DNA of 64,000 nucleotides from Bacilli bacterium (GTDB lineage Bacteria; Bacillota_I; Bacilli_A; RF39; UBA660): NCBI GenBank assembly GCA_045545595.1, contig JAZQBG010000045.1, positions 594 to 64,593 of the forward strand, read 5' to 3'. Shown piece by piece: positions 55,023 to 64,000 of this stretch (position 1 is its first letter; each line of letters starts with the position of its first letter). The notes under the pieces were generated by a model. It saw only the letters and a program-made list of their open reading frames with translations, ran no database searches and was not told where the DNA came from. The position numbers and the translations under genes were made by a program.

Positions 55023-55733
55023 CTACTTTCTTTTTTCTAGTATTTCGTAAATCATGATACCTGTCGCTACTGATGCATTTAGACTGTTTACTTCCCCTTT
55101 CATTGGAATGGTTGCCATAAAGTCACATTTTTCTTTTACTATTCTACTCATACCCTTACCTTCATTACCTATAATAAGACATACTGGCATTTTGTAATCT
55201 ATAGTACTATAATCTGTTCCATCTAAGTCAGTTCCTATAATCCAATATCCCTTTTTCTTTAAGGTTTCGATAGTATTTGAAAGGTTTGTAACCATACATA
55301 TTTTTACCCTATCTAATGTTCCTGCACTTGTTTTCATAACTGTAGAATTAATATCTACACTTCTATCCTTTGGAATGATTATTCCATCTACTCCTGCAGA
55401 TTCACAAGTTCTTATTATTGCACCAAAGTTATGTGGATCTTCTAAGTGATCTAACATAACAAGAAAAGGATATTCATCATCTTTAGGTTGTAAATCATCT
55501 AAGTCTGCAAATTCATAATCAGGTATACTTAATATTATACCTTGATGATTTCCTTTTGCAATTTCATCAATTTGCTTTTTTGTACAATATTTAATAGGAA
55601 TATTTAATTTCTGTAATGAAGAAATTATAAATTTGTCTTTAAAATTCTCCCAAATTATTGCTTTGTGTATTTTTTTATTATTTTTTAATAAATCGGTTGC
55701 TACATTTTTTCCAAATACATACATCTTATTCAT
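55023..55733 (-). CDS. rlmB: 23S rRNA (guanosine-2'-O)-methyltransferase RlmB (TrmH/SpoU family)
   Basis: SpoU methylase motifs. GIIILSIPDYE-type substrate region and C-terminal NLNASVATGIMIYE. Confidence 0.8.
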   Translation of the reverse strand: MNKMYVFGKNVATDLLKNNKKIHKAIIWENFKDKFIISSLQKLNIPIKYCTKKQIDEIAKGNHQGIILSIPDYEFADLDDLQPKDDEYPFLVMLDHLEDPHNFGAIIRTCESAGVDGIIIPKDRSVDINSTVMKTSAGTLDRVKICMVTNLSNTIETLKKKGYWIIGTDLDGTDYSTIDYKMPVCLIIGNEGKGMSRIVKEKCDFMATIPMKGEVNSLNASVATGIMIYEILEKRK

Positions 55734-56112
55734 CCTCCAATATTTTAACTGTTATTTCTCTTAATCTCTCAATATTATTACTTATATATAAGTATCCGAT
55801 TAATGCTTCAAATCCTGTGGCGTATTTATAAGTAATAATGTCCGTATTTTTAGGTTTTGATACGCTTTTATAATTTCTCGCATGTTTTACTATTTCTAGT
55901 TCTTCTTCGGTTAAAAAGTTTTCTGATAATTTGTTTAAGATTTCACATTGACCTTTCGCACTTACAAACTTTTTTGCTTCTTTTTGTAAGTTGTTAACTT
56001 TTCTAATACCTTTCTTTAAAAGATATTCTCTAATAGAGACTTCATATACAGCATCACCAATATATGCAAGTTCTAAAGCATTTAAATTATTTATATCCAT
56101 TAAATCACCCAC
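55726..56112 (-). CDS. mrnC: mini-ribonuclease 3 (Mini-III)
   Basis: NALELAYIGDAVYEVSIREYLL RNase III-like signature in a 128-aa protein. Overlaps rlmB by 8 nt. Confidence 0.8.
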   Translation of the reverse strand: MGDLMDINNLNALELAYIGDAVYEVSIREYLLKKGIRKVNNLQKEAKKFVSAKGQCEILNKLSENFLTEEELEIVKHARNYKSVSKPKNTDIITYKYATGFEALIGYLYISNNIERLREITVKILEDE

Positions 56113-56186
56113 TTCTAATTATTTTATCATACTTTCTTCTGTTTTTGTCTTTTTTGATATATAATATCTATATAAAGGATGTGTTT

Positions 56187-57074
56187 ATGATGAAAAAAAT
56201 ACTATTTAGAGGTTGTGGAACAGCGATTGCGACTCCTTTTACTGAAGATGGAATTAATTATGAAGAGTTTGGTAAATTAATAGAATTTCAAATAGAAAAT
56301 AATTGTGATGCTTTAATTGTTTGTGGAACAACTGGTGAAGCTTCAACAATGACAAAAGAAGAGAAGAAAATGGTTATTAAATATGCTGTAGATAAAGTAA
56401 ATAAAAGAATTCCTGTTATTGCCGGAACAGGAGGTAATAATACAAAAGAAGTTATAGAAATGAGTAAGTATTCAGAAAGTGTTGGTGCTGATGGACTACT
56501 TATTGTTACACCATATTATAATAAGACAACTCAACAAGGGTTAGTAGAACATTATAAAGTTATAGCTAATAATACTAAATTACCAATAATTGTTTATAGC
56601 GTTCCAAGTAGGACTGGATTAAACGTTGATCCAAATACTTGTTTAGAATTATCTAAAATTGAAAATATTGTGGCAATTAAAGAGGCAAGTGGTAATTTAA
56701 GTCAAATTGCTAAAATTAAAGCGTTATGTAAAGATGATTTAGATATATATTCTGGTAATGATGATCAAATTCTACCTATATTATCATTAGGTGGCATTGG
56801 AGTAATTTCTGTATTATCTAATATTGCTCCTAGGTATACCCATGACATGATTGAACACTATTTTAATGGTAATAATGATGAAGCAACAAACATGCAACTT
56901 AATTGCATAGACCTTATTGATTCATTATTTTGTGAAGTTAATCCTATTCCAGTAAAAGAAGCGTTAAACATGCTTGGTTATAATTATGGGATTCCTAGAT
57001 TACCATTAATAAAGATGACTGAGAGTGGTACAAAAAGATTAGAGAAGTCACTTAAAAATTTTAAATGTTATTAA
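56187..57074 (+). CDS. dapA: 4-hydroxy-tetrahydrodipicolinate synthase
   Basis: GTTGEASTMT and TPYYNK motifs. Start at ATG 56187 (MMKKILF). The ORF track's upstream extension overlaps mrnC and is unlikely. Confidence 0.85.
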   Translation: MMKKILFRGCGTAIATPFTEDGINYEEFGKLIEFQIENNCDALIVCGTTGEASTMTKEEKKMVIKYAVDKVNKRIPVIAGTGGNNTKEVIEMSKYSESVGADGLLIVTPYYNKTTQQGLVEHYKVIANNTKLPIIVYSVPSRTGLNVDPNTCLELSKIENIVAIKEASGNLSQIAKIKALCKDDLDIYSGNDDQILPILSLGGIGVISVLSNIAPRYTHDMIEHYFNGNNDEATNMQLNCIDLIDSLFCEVNPIPVKEALNMLGYNYGIPRLPLIKMTESGTKRLEKSLKNFKCY

Positions 57075-57076
57075 AA

Positions 57077-57131
57077 AACTCTATCCACAGTTCTGTGGAT
57101 AACAAAAAACGTAGATAAATTTTATCTGCGT
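57077..57131. terminator. pair of convergent rho-independent terminators
   Basis: Hairpin acgtagataaa/tttatctgcgt plus TTTTGTTTT serves dapA on the plus strand. Hairpin tatccacag/ctgtggata plus T-run serves the cysS/peptidase operon on the minus strand. Confidence 0.55.
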
Positions 57132-57137
57132 TTTGTT

Positions 57138-57815
57138 TTAGTCATTATCTCTTGCTATTAATACTAATCTAACTATTTCTAGTATTGCAGTAACTACACT
57201 TGCCACATATGTCATTGCTGCAGCAGTTAGTGTACTATTTGCTCCACTTATTTCGCTTTCATCTAGAATATTTTCTTTTTTTAATTGTTCTTTTGCTCTT
57301 TTTGAAGCGTTGAATTCCACAGGAAGTGTTAATAACTGAAATAATAATATAATTATTTCTAACGCTATACCAATCCATAGTAAATCTGTTAGTCCAAAAA
57401 TAAATGATAATACTATTGCAAAATATCCAGCTTTAGAACTAAAGTTAACTACTGGAACTATCGAATTTCTTATTTTTATTGGAGTATAACCATCTTTATA
57501 TTGTAATGCATGACCTACTTCATGTGCAGCAACTGCACAAGCAGCTATACTTGTTCCATGGAATACATCACTAGATAATCTAATAGTATTTCTTTTAGGA
57601 TCATAGTGGTCAGTTAAATTTCCATGTGTTTCTACAACATAAATATTACTTAATCCGTTTTTATCTAAAATTTCACGAGCTGTTTCAAATCCTGTTTTTT
57701 TATTTTTGTTACCTACTTTTTTATATTTATTATATGTAACTGTAACAAACATTTGAGCTGCCAGTGTTATTAACAACGAAATTCCAATTATATACCACGT
57801 ACTATAATACCACAT
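57138..57815 (-). CDS. membrane zinc metallopeptidase (YugP-like)
   Basis: HEVGHALQ zincin motif flanked by TM helices. 225 aa. Confidence 0.65.
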   Translation of the reverse strand: MWYYSTWYIIGISLLITLAAQMFVTVTYNKYKKVGNKNKKTGFETAREILDKNGLSNIYVVETHGNLTDHYDPKRNTIRLSSDVFHGTSIAACAVAAHEVGHALQYKDGYTPIKIRNSIVPVVNFSSKAGYFAIVLSFIFGLTDLLWIGIALEIIILLFQLLTLPVEFNASKRAKEQLKKENILDESEISGANSTLTAAAMTYVASVVTAILEIVRLVLIARDND

Positions 57816-59221
57816 TATTTTCTCACCTCATATATTGTACCTTCTCTGGTATCTTTTAATATTATACCCATTTCATCTAATTCATTCCTTATTTTATCTG
57901 CTAATTCATAATTTTTTTCTTTTTTAGCGGTGTTTCTATCTTCAATTAATTTTTCGATTTTTTCTTTTTCACTTTCAGATAATTCTATTGTTTTTTCTTC
58001 AAGTAAAGACAGTGATAATACTTTATCATATTCTTCAATTAAAGCTATTTTTTGATTGTTATTAAGTTCTTCATCTTTGATGCAATCATAAAGTACTGTT
58101 AATGCATTTGAAGTATTTAAATCATCTGATAAGGCTTCTCTAAATCGATTAATATAATTTTGGTTTAGTTCTATAATTTGTGTGTCGTTTACATTATTTT
58201 TAATTTTACTAATTCTGTTTTTTAATTTGTCATATGCATTTTGAGCTATATCTAGTGATTCATAGCTAAAGGCAAGTTGATTTCTATAATGTGATTGTAA
58301 ACACATGAATCTATATGCTAGAGGATTATAACCTTTGCTTTTTAATAAATCAATTGTTAAAAATTCACCTTTTGATTTACTCATCTTTCCTGATTTATCA
58401 TTTAAGTACTCACCATGTACCCAGTAATTACACCATTTATTTCCAGTATATGCTTCTGATTGAGCTATTTCATTTGTATGATGTGGGAATATATTATCTA
58501 CTCCTCCACAGTGAATATCTATTTTTTCTCCTAAATATTTCATAGCCATGCATGAACACTCAATGTGCCATCCTGGATACCCCACACCAAATGGTGAATC
58601 CCATTTTTGTTCTTGGTTTGAAAATTTGGAATTTGTCATCCAAAGAGCAAAGTCTGCTGGATTTCTTTTGAATACATCTTCTTCAACATCTTCCCTTGCA
58701 CCTACTATATTATTTTCTTCTGTTCTACCAGACAGTTCATAATAATTAGGAGCTTTACTAATATCAAAATATACATTTCCGTTTGAAATATATGCATATT
58801 CTTTTTTTAATAATTCCTGTATCATTTCAATATAATCATCAATATGTGCGGTAGCTTTTTCAATGATTTCAGGTTTTTTAATGTTTAGTTCGTCTAAATC
58901 TTTCATGAATGCTTTAGTGTAAAATTCTGCAATTTCAGTAGCTGTCTTTCCTTCTCTTTTAGTAGCAAGCATCATTTTATCTTCACCATCATCAGCATCA
59001 CTAACAATGTGACCTACATCAGTAATGTTCATAACTCTCTTAACTTTATATCCTAGTAGATTTAAAGTTTTTTCTAACATATCTTCAAAAATATATGTCC
59101 TTAAATTACCAATATGAGCATAACTATAAACAGTTGGACCACATGTATACATTTTAACTTCATTTTTATCTACAGGTATAAATTCTTCAACTCTTTTTGT
59201 TAAGGTATTATATATTTTCAC
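57815..59221 (-). CDS. cysS: cysteine--tRNA ligase
   Basis: HIGN motif and KMSKS. Zinc-binding Cys. 468 aa. Confidence 0.95.
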   Translation of the reverse strand: MKIYNTLTKRVEEFIPVDKNEVKMYTCGPTVYSYAHIGNLRTYIFEDMLEKTLNLLGYKVKRVMNITDVGHIVSDADDGEDKMMLATKREGKTATEIAEFYTKAFMKDLDELNIKKPEIIEKATAHIDDYIEMIQELLKKEYAYISNGNVYFDISKAPNYYELSGRTEENNIVGAREDVEEDVFKRNPADFALWMTNSKFSNQEQKWDSPFGVGYPGWHIECSCMAMKYLGEKIDIHCGGVDNIFPHHTNEIAQSEAYTGNKWCNYWVHGEYLNDKSGKMSKSKGEFLTIDLLKSKGYNPLAYRFMCLQSHYRNQLAFSYESLDIAQNAYDKLKNRISKIKNNVNDTQIIELNQNYINRFREALSDDLNTSNALTVLYDCIKDEELNNNQKIALIEEYDKVLSLSLLEEKTIELSESEKEKIEKLIEDRNTAKKEKNYELADKIRNELDEMGIILKDTREGTIYEVRK

Positions 59222-59268
59222 TATTTCACCTCTTTAAAAGTATATTATATAATTATGTTTAAAATATG

Positions 59269-60702
59269 TTATTTTAGTCTATTTAATACAGTTTCTTTTC
59301 CTAATAAGTGAATTGTATCAGGAAGTTCTGGACCATGCATTTGATAAGACACTTTAATTCTAATTGGCATATAAAGCATTTTACCTTTCGCACCACTTTT
59401 TTCTTTAGTATTCATTATTGCATTATTTATGTTTTCTACAGTCCAATCTTCAATACTTTCAATTTCACTAGCAAACACTTTTATAGTATTATCAATTCCT
59501 TCAGATGCCATAAATTCTTTACATTCATCATTTAATTCTTTAGTATCTTGGAAAAATAAATCAGTAACACTAACAATTTCTTTTCCATAACTAATATGAT
59601 TTTGATAAATTGATACTAATTCTTTAATCCATTCATCTGTTTTATCACTTAAGTCATAAGCTTCTTTTAAGTGTGGAACTGTTATTTTTAATAGTTCATC
59701 GATATCTAATTTTTTAATGTAATGTGCATTAATCCAATTTAGTTTTTTAATATCAAATATAGATGGTGATTTACTTATTCTTTTTGGATCGAATATTTTT
59801 GTTAAAGTTTCCATATCAAATATTTCATCATTAGTTTCTGGACTCCATCCAAGAAGCGCTAAATAGTTTACTACAGCTTCTGGTAAATATCCATCATTAT
59901 ATAAATCTATAAATGATGCGTCACCGTTACGTTTGCTTAACTTTTGCCCATCTTCACCTAATACCATTGATACGTGAATATAGGTTGGCTTTTCCCATCC
60001 AAATGCATCGTACAATAAATTATATTTAGGTGTTGACATAATATATTCATTACCACGTATTACGTGTGTAATATTCATTAAATGATCATCTATTACATTT
60101 GCGAAGTTATAAGTTGGATATCCATCAGATTTTAATAATATTTGGTCTTCTAGTAATTTGTTTTCAACTTTAATTTCACCATATACTAAATCATTATAAG
60201 TACTGATACCTTCTTTAGGCATTAATTGTCTAATTACGTATTTTTCACCGTTGTTGATTTTTTCTTGAATTTCTTCTTTAGTTAATTTTTTACAATGTCC
60301 ATCATATAAGAAAGCAACCTTTTTTTCGTCTGCTTCTTTTCTAAGTGACTCTAATCTTTCTTCACTACAAAAACAGTAATATGCTTTTCCCATTTCTACT
60401 AGTTTTTCGGCATATTCTTTATATAAAGGTAATCTTTCACTTTGCATATATGGACCAAATTCACCTTTATTGTTTGGACCTTCATCAATTTTAATGTTGC
60501 ATAATTCTAATGTGTTATAAATGAAGTCTACAGCGTCATCTACTTTTCTAGTTTGATCTGTATCTTCTATTCTTAAAATAAAATCTCCATTATTATGTCT
60601 TGCAACTAAATATTCAAATATTGCAGTTCTTAGATTTCCAACATGCATATATCCTGTTGGTGATGGTGCGAATCTTGTTCTTACTTTGTTCATTATTTTC
60701 AC
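59269..60702 (-). CDS. gltX: glutamate--tRNA ligase
   Basis: RFAPSPTGYMHVGNLRTA (HIGH) and KLSKR motifs. 477 aa. Confidence 0.95.
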   Translation of the reverse strand: MKIMNKVRTRFAPSPTGYMHVGNLRTAIFEYLVARHNNGDFILRIEDTDQTRKVDDAVDFIYNTLELCNIKIDEGPNNKGEFGPYMQSERLPLYKEYAEKLVEMGKAYYCFCSEERLESLRKEADEKKVAFLYDGHCKKLTKEEIQEKINNGEKYVIRQLMPKEGISTYNDLVYGEIKVENKLLEDQILLKSDGYPTYNFANVIDDHLMNITHVIRGNEYIMSTPKYNLLYDAFGWEKPTYIHVSMVLGEDGQKLSKRNGDASFIDLYNDGYLPEAVVNYLALLGWSPETNDEIFDMETLTKIFDPKRISKSPSIFDIKKLNWINAHYIKKLDIDELLKITVPHLKEAYDLSDKTDEWIKELVSIYQNHISYGKEIVSVTDLFFQDTKELNDECKEFMASEGIDNTIKVFASEIESIEDWTVENINNAIMNTKEKSGAKGKMLYMPIRIKVSYQMHGPELPDTIHLLGKETVLNRLK

Positions 60703-60887
60703 GTCCTTTGTCCTCTATATTTTATCACAGTTAAAATTATTTTTAAATAATATTTTTATATCTGATTACGTTTTTTTGTTATCCTAGTATTTACACTACT
60801 ATTTAAATAGAGAAAAAGCACATCATTTTTCTTTCATTCTACAAAATGCAACATTATAGATATGTATTATGTAATTGGTGATTACTT

Positions 60888-61553
60888 ATGGATATAAATT
60901 ATTTGTTAAAACAGTCTTCAGATTCTTCTAGATTTGATGAAATTAATAATAACAATATTGAACATTTGGATATAGGTTCGTTATTCAAACTAGAGGAAAA
61001 AATAATTAAAAATATACAAAGATTAGAGAATAAAGATAAGGACTTAGATATTTTATATTTGAAATATAATGAATTAAAAAATAAACTTAAGGAAAAAGTT
61101 AATAACGAAAAAAAATTACTTATTAAAATCAGTAGTCAAAAAGAAGAATATGACAAGAATGATCAAAAAAGAAAATTGCTATATTTAACTAAGGAATATA
61201 ATTCTCTACTCGAACAAACAAATACTAAAGATTTAATTGATAGAATTAAGGAAGCAGAACAAAAAATTAACTATGTTAAAGAAGAACTTAAAGATAGAAA
61301 ATTAACTATACAGTATAATAAAATTAAGAGTAAATATAGTAAAATTATTATTTTTGTGAATGGTGAAAAATTTGATAATAAGATTGATATTCTTCCAAAC
61401 AATTTAAATCTTGAAGAAAAGATTATTTGGTATGAGAAAAGAATAGAAGAAGTTATTGAGAAAAAAATGATATTTGATAGTTATTTGTTCTCACTAGAAA
61501 ATTTATATAGTGATATAATTGAAAAAAGAATGTTAGACATTACTACTAAGTAA
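60888..61553 (+). CDS. hypothetical K/E-rich coiled-coil protein
   Basis: 221-aa ORF, highly charged, heptad-like. No motif. Could be spurious in AT-rich DNA. Confidence 0.35.
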   Translation: MDINYLLKQSSDSSRFDEINNNNIEHLDIGSLFKLEEKIIKNIQRLENKDKDLDILYLKYNELKNKLKEKVNNEKKLLIKISSQKEEYDKNDQKRKLLYLTKEYNSLLEQTNTKDLIDRIKEAEQKINYVKEELKDRKLTIQYNKIKSKYSKIIIFVNGEKFDNKIDILPNNLNLEEKIIWYEKRIEEVIEKKMIFDSYLFSLENLYSDIIEKRMLDITTK

Positions 61554-62273
61554 TTTATCTAACATTTCTTTTTTTGCAATATTTTCAAATTCATCATCAA
61601 GTTCTTTCATATTGATTTTTTTATTGTATTTTCTTTCCAAACAATATTTTAATATGTAATCTGCTAGTTCTGGGTTTTTAGATAATAATGGTCCATGAAG
61701 ATAAGTACCTATTACATTTTCTGTCATAAAGCCTTCATATTCATTTTGGAATGCATTACCATTACCATATATTACTTTTCCAAAAGGATTTTCAACGTCA
61801 AAGGTTTGTCCACTATGATTTTCAAATCCTAATAATTCCAATTTTTGATTATTTATTACACTTTCTATAACAATATCACCTGTACACTTTTTATTATTAT
61901 TGTATTCTGTGTAATAGTTAAAAACATTTAATCCTTTTATAATATTGTTTTCAGAATCTTTATAATGTTTTCCAAATAGTTCAAAACCACCACAAATTAA
62001 TAAATAGAATATACCTTTGTTTATAGATCTTTCAATTTGCTTTTTGTATTTAAGAATATCTTTGGCTACTACTTTTTGTTCTTTATCAGACCCGCCTCCT
62101 AAAAATACTAAATCATATTCATAAAAGTTAGGTTCTTCATCTCCAATAGTATAGGTATCAACATTTATATCTATTTTTCTTTGTCTTGCTCTATATTTAA
62201 GAATATCTATATTTGCATTATCACCATATAAATCCATCATATTCGGATATAAACACAAAATGTTTAAATTCAT
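61533..62273 (-). CDS. gatD: lipid II isoglutaminyl synthase glutaminase subunit GatD
   Basis: Strong full-length similarity to GatD pattern (FLGGGSDKEQ, ICGGFELFGKHY, GFENHSGQT, GTYLHGPLLSKNPELADYIL). Confidence 0.9.
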   Translation of the reverse strand: MNLNILCLYPNMMDLYGDNANIDILKYRARQRKIDINVDTYTIGDEEPNFYEYDLVFLGGGSDKEQKVVAKDILKYKKQIERSINKGIFYLLICGGFELFGKHYKDSENNIIKGLNVFNYYTEYNNNKKCTGDIVIESVINNQKLELLGFENHSGQTFDVENPFGKVIYGNGNAFQNEYEGFMTENVIGTYLHGPLLSKNPELADYILKYCLERKYNKKINMKELDDEFENIAKKEMLDKLLSSNV

Positions 62274-63595
62274 TGTTTATCACCCTTTTCGAGTTTTTCC
62301 AATATTTCTTTAGTTTTAGTTAATGGAGAATAATTAGAAATTATATATTTTTTATTATCTGTTTCTAATAATTTATCAATAGATTTATCAATATCATGTT
62401 CTACAATTATTTTATTTTTATCATAGTTATTACACTTAATAGTTATCGCAATATCATATGCTCTTGTACCAGAACAGATTATTCTATCAAATGACTTCAT
62501 GTTATTAAAATCTATTCCCCAAATCCATGATACGTCTTTACCGTCATTTATTTTATCATTTATTAAAATTAATAAATCTTTACTATCAGTATCTTTTTTA
62601 ATGTTATTTAGTATTACATTAAATCCAGTAGGATTTTTACCAAGGTTTAAAATACATTCTTTGTTGTTGATATTAAATTTTTGATATCTTCCATCCTTTG
62701 ATGCATAATTTGTAAACACATCGTTTATTATATCTTTATCTATGTTATATATATCTTTTAATGTAACAATAGACAAGAGATTATAAATGTTATATAAATT
62801 TGGATTATTAGTTGCATATTTATCTTTTCCAATATAAAAATCATTTCCAACTATTTTTGTTATTTCTTTATTTAACTCTACTGTTCCAAATTCGCACTTA
62901 GGGCATTTAAATTTTCCAATATGAGAATATTGATAAAATTCATATTCCAATGTTTCCCCACATTTAGGACAGATAATACTTTCTATTGAGTTTGTGTATG
63001 ATGTTTTTAATTTCTTAATTCCATAATAATAATTTTTACCTTTTGTGTTAATTAGTCCCAATCTAACAACATTAGGATCATTACCATTTAAAATTAAATT
63101 ACCTTTATAATTTTTAATCACTTTTCCTAATTTTGATATTATTGTTTCAACTTCACCTGTTCTATCTAATTGATCTTTAAATAGATTTAAAACGATTAAT
63201 GTATCAATTGCAAGATTCGGTTTTGAATATAATACTGGTACCCAATGTTCATCTGTTTCTAACACAATATAATCTGCATTTATTTTACCAAACAAATTAC
63301 AAGCTTTTAATAAAGTAGTAGTTATACCCCAACCAATATTATTACCACCTATATTACATACAACTTTTTTATTTGATTTTCTTAAGATTTCATAAATCAT
63401 ATTTGTTGTAGTAGTTTTACCATTTGTTCCAGTTATTACAATTAACTTACCATCTAATTTTATAAAATCTCTAATATTTTTATTTAATTTTAATGCAATT
63501 CTACCAGGTAATGTACCTGCGTTTTTTCCACACAATTTTAAAATAAACGCTATAAGTTTTGATAGAATTACTATACTACAATTCACTAATTTCAT
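62270..63595 (-). CDS. murT: lipid II isoglutaminyl synthase Mur-ligase subunit MurT
   Basis: Mur ligase P-loop ITGTNGKTTTTN. Cys4 zinc ribbon CPKCGE...CPKC. C-terminal DUF1727-like region. Overlaps gatD by 4 nt. Confidence 0.85.
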   Translation of the reverse strand: MKLVNCSIVILSKLIAFILKLCGKNAGTLPGRIALKLNKNIRDFIKLDGKLIVITGTNGKTTTTNMIYEILRKSNKKVVCNIGGNNIGWGITTTLLKACNLFGKINADYIVLETDEHWVPVLYSKPNLAIDTLIVLNLFKDQLDRTGEVETIISKLGKVIKNYKGNLILNGNDPNVVRLGLINTKGKNYYYGIKKLKTSYTNSIESIICPKCGETLEYEFYQYSHIGKFKCPKCEFGTVELNKEITKIVGNDFYIGKDKYATNNPNLYNIYNLLSIVTLKDIYNIDKDIINDVFTNYASKDGRYQKFNINNKECILNLGKNPTGFNVILNNIKKDTDSKDLLILINDKINDGKDVSWIWGIDFNNMKSFDRIICSGTRAYDIAITIKCNNYDKNKIIVEHDIDKSIDKLLETDNKKYIISNYSPLTKTKEILEKLEKGDKQ

Positions 63596-63666
63596 TACTA
63601 CATCACCAACTAATAATTATTATATCACGATTATATATAAAAAAAATAGACAAAAATTGCCTATTT

Positions 63667-64000
63667 CTATTCATTTACACTTCCTCCTGATGTTTCATAT
63701 GCATCTGTAACAACAAAGAATGCACTTTCATCTATATAATGAATTCCTTCTTTTAATTTGAAATATTCACTAGTTGGTACAACACATAATAACATTTTTT
63801 GTTTGTCGTTTGTGTATCCACCTCTAGCATCTATTACAGTTACCCCATGAATGATATTTTTTAATATAAATTCTTTAACATCATTTGGTTCAGATGTTAC
63901 AATATAAAACGCTTTGCTTTGTGAAATTCCAAGTACTACTTTATCTGTCATAATACTAATTATATATAGCGCAATTAAAGAGTACATTACAGTTTCCCAA
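63667..64000 (-). CDS. DUF2179-containing (YitT-family C-terminal domain) protein, 5' part beyond window end
   Basis: The ORF track shows an M at 63987, so the gene may instead be complete. Call based on overall similarity of the 106-aa segment to YitT C-terminal domains. Confidence 0.4.
   Translation of the reverse strand, partial: WETVMYSLIALYIISIMTDKVVLGISQSKAFYIVTSEPNDVKEFILKNIIHGVTVIDARGGYTNDKQKMLLCVVPTSEYFKLKEGIHYIDESAFFVVTDAYETSGGSVNE

Noticed and set aside
60703-60887. Possible T-box leader upstream of gltX (and of cysS)
   Set aside because: Looked for the conserved T-box core (AATTAGGGTGGNACCGCG-like) and a specifier/antiterminator arrangement. Nothing resembling it is present. The region is simply AT-rich.

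Overview
This is an AT-rich (about 28-30% GC) Firmicutes chromosomal window that uses the standard genetic code (long ORFs are not broken by TGA). Its backbone is the conserved translation/transcription cluster, mostly on the minus strand: gltX-cysS-(mini-III/rlmB)-sigH-like-secE-nusG-rplKAJL-(rsmC-like MTase)-rpoB-rpoC-rpsL-rpsG-fusA-tuf, plus rplM-rpsI and eno-secG-rnr-smpB-ssrA (tmRNA). It also carries cell-envelope genes: ftsE-ftsX with a coiled-coil M23 peptidase, htrA, murD, femAB-family, murT/gatD, a cwlD-like amidase, and a PspC/LiaF/LiaG-like stress module. A collagen-like BclA-type protein and the tmRNA tag ending in ...FA suggest a spore-forming Erysipelotrichia/Mollicutes-related lineage (inference).

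Accessory or unusual content:
- Two paralogous small hydrophobic-peptide loci with conserved promoters, leaders and fold-back complementarity (type I toxin-like), not in the ORF track.
- A ~1.2-kb segment inserted at the rplM-rpsI terminator, bracketed by ~43-nt imperfect direct repeats and internal gtagcctac repeats.
- Four disrupted genes (an FGase-like gene with in-frame TAA, a Sel1 gene with in-frame TAG, a frameshifted EPS sugar transferase, and a likely frameshifted BY-kinase-like gene).
- A sipW / TasA-like / zinc-ribbon acidic-tail protein cluster.
- Two clear and one degenerate type IV pilin-like genes inserted into conserved housekeeping contexts, one a 627-aa protein between smpB and ssrA.
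- An Abi_2 abortive-infection gene overlapping the htrA start.
- A (TTTA)15 microsatellite spanning the sigH-like stop next to a candidate secE promoter.
- A consensus sigma-A promoter overlapped by a 13-bp inverted repeat upstream of a MacB-type ABC exporter.
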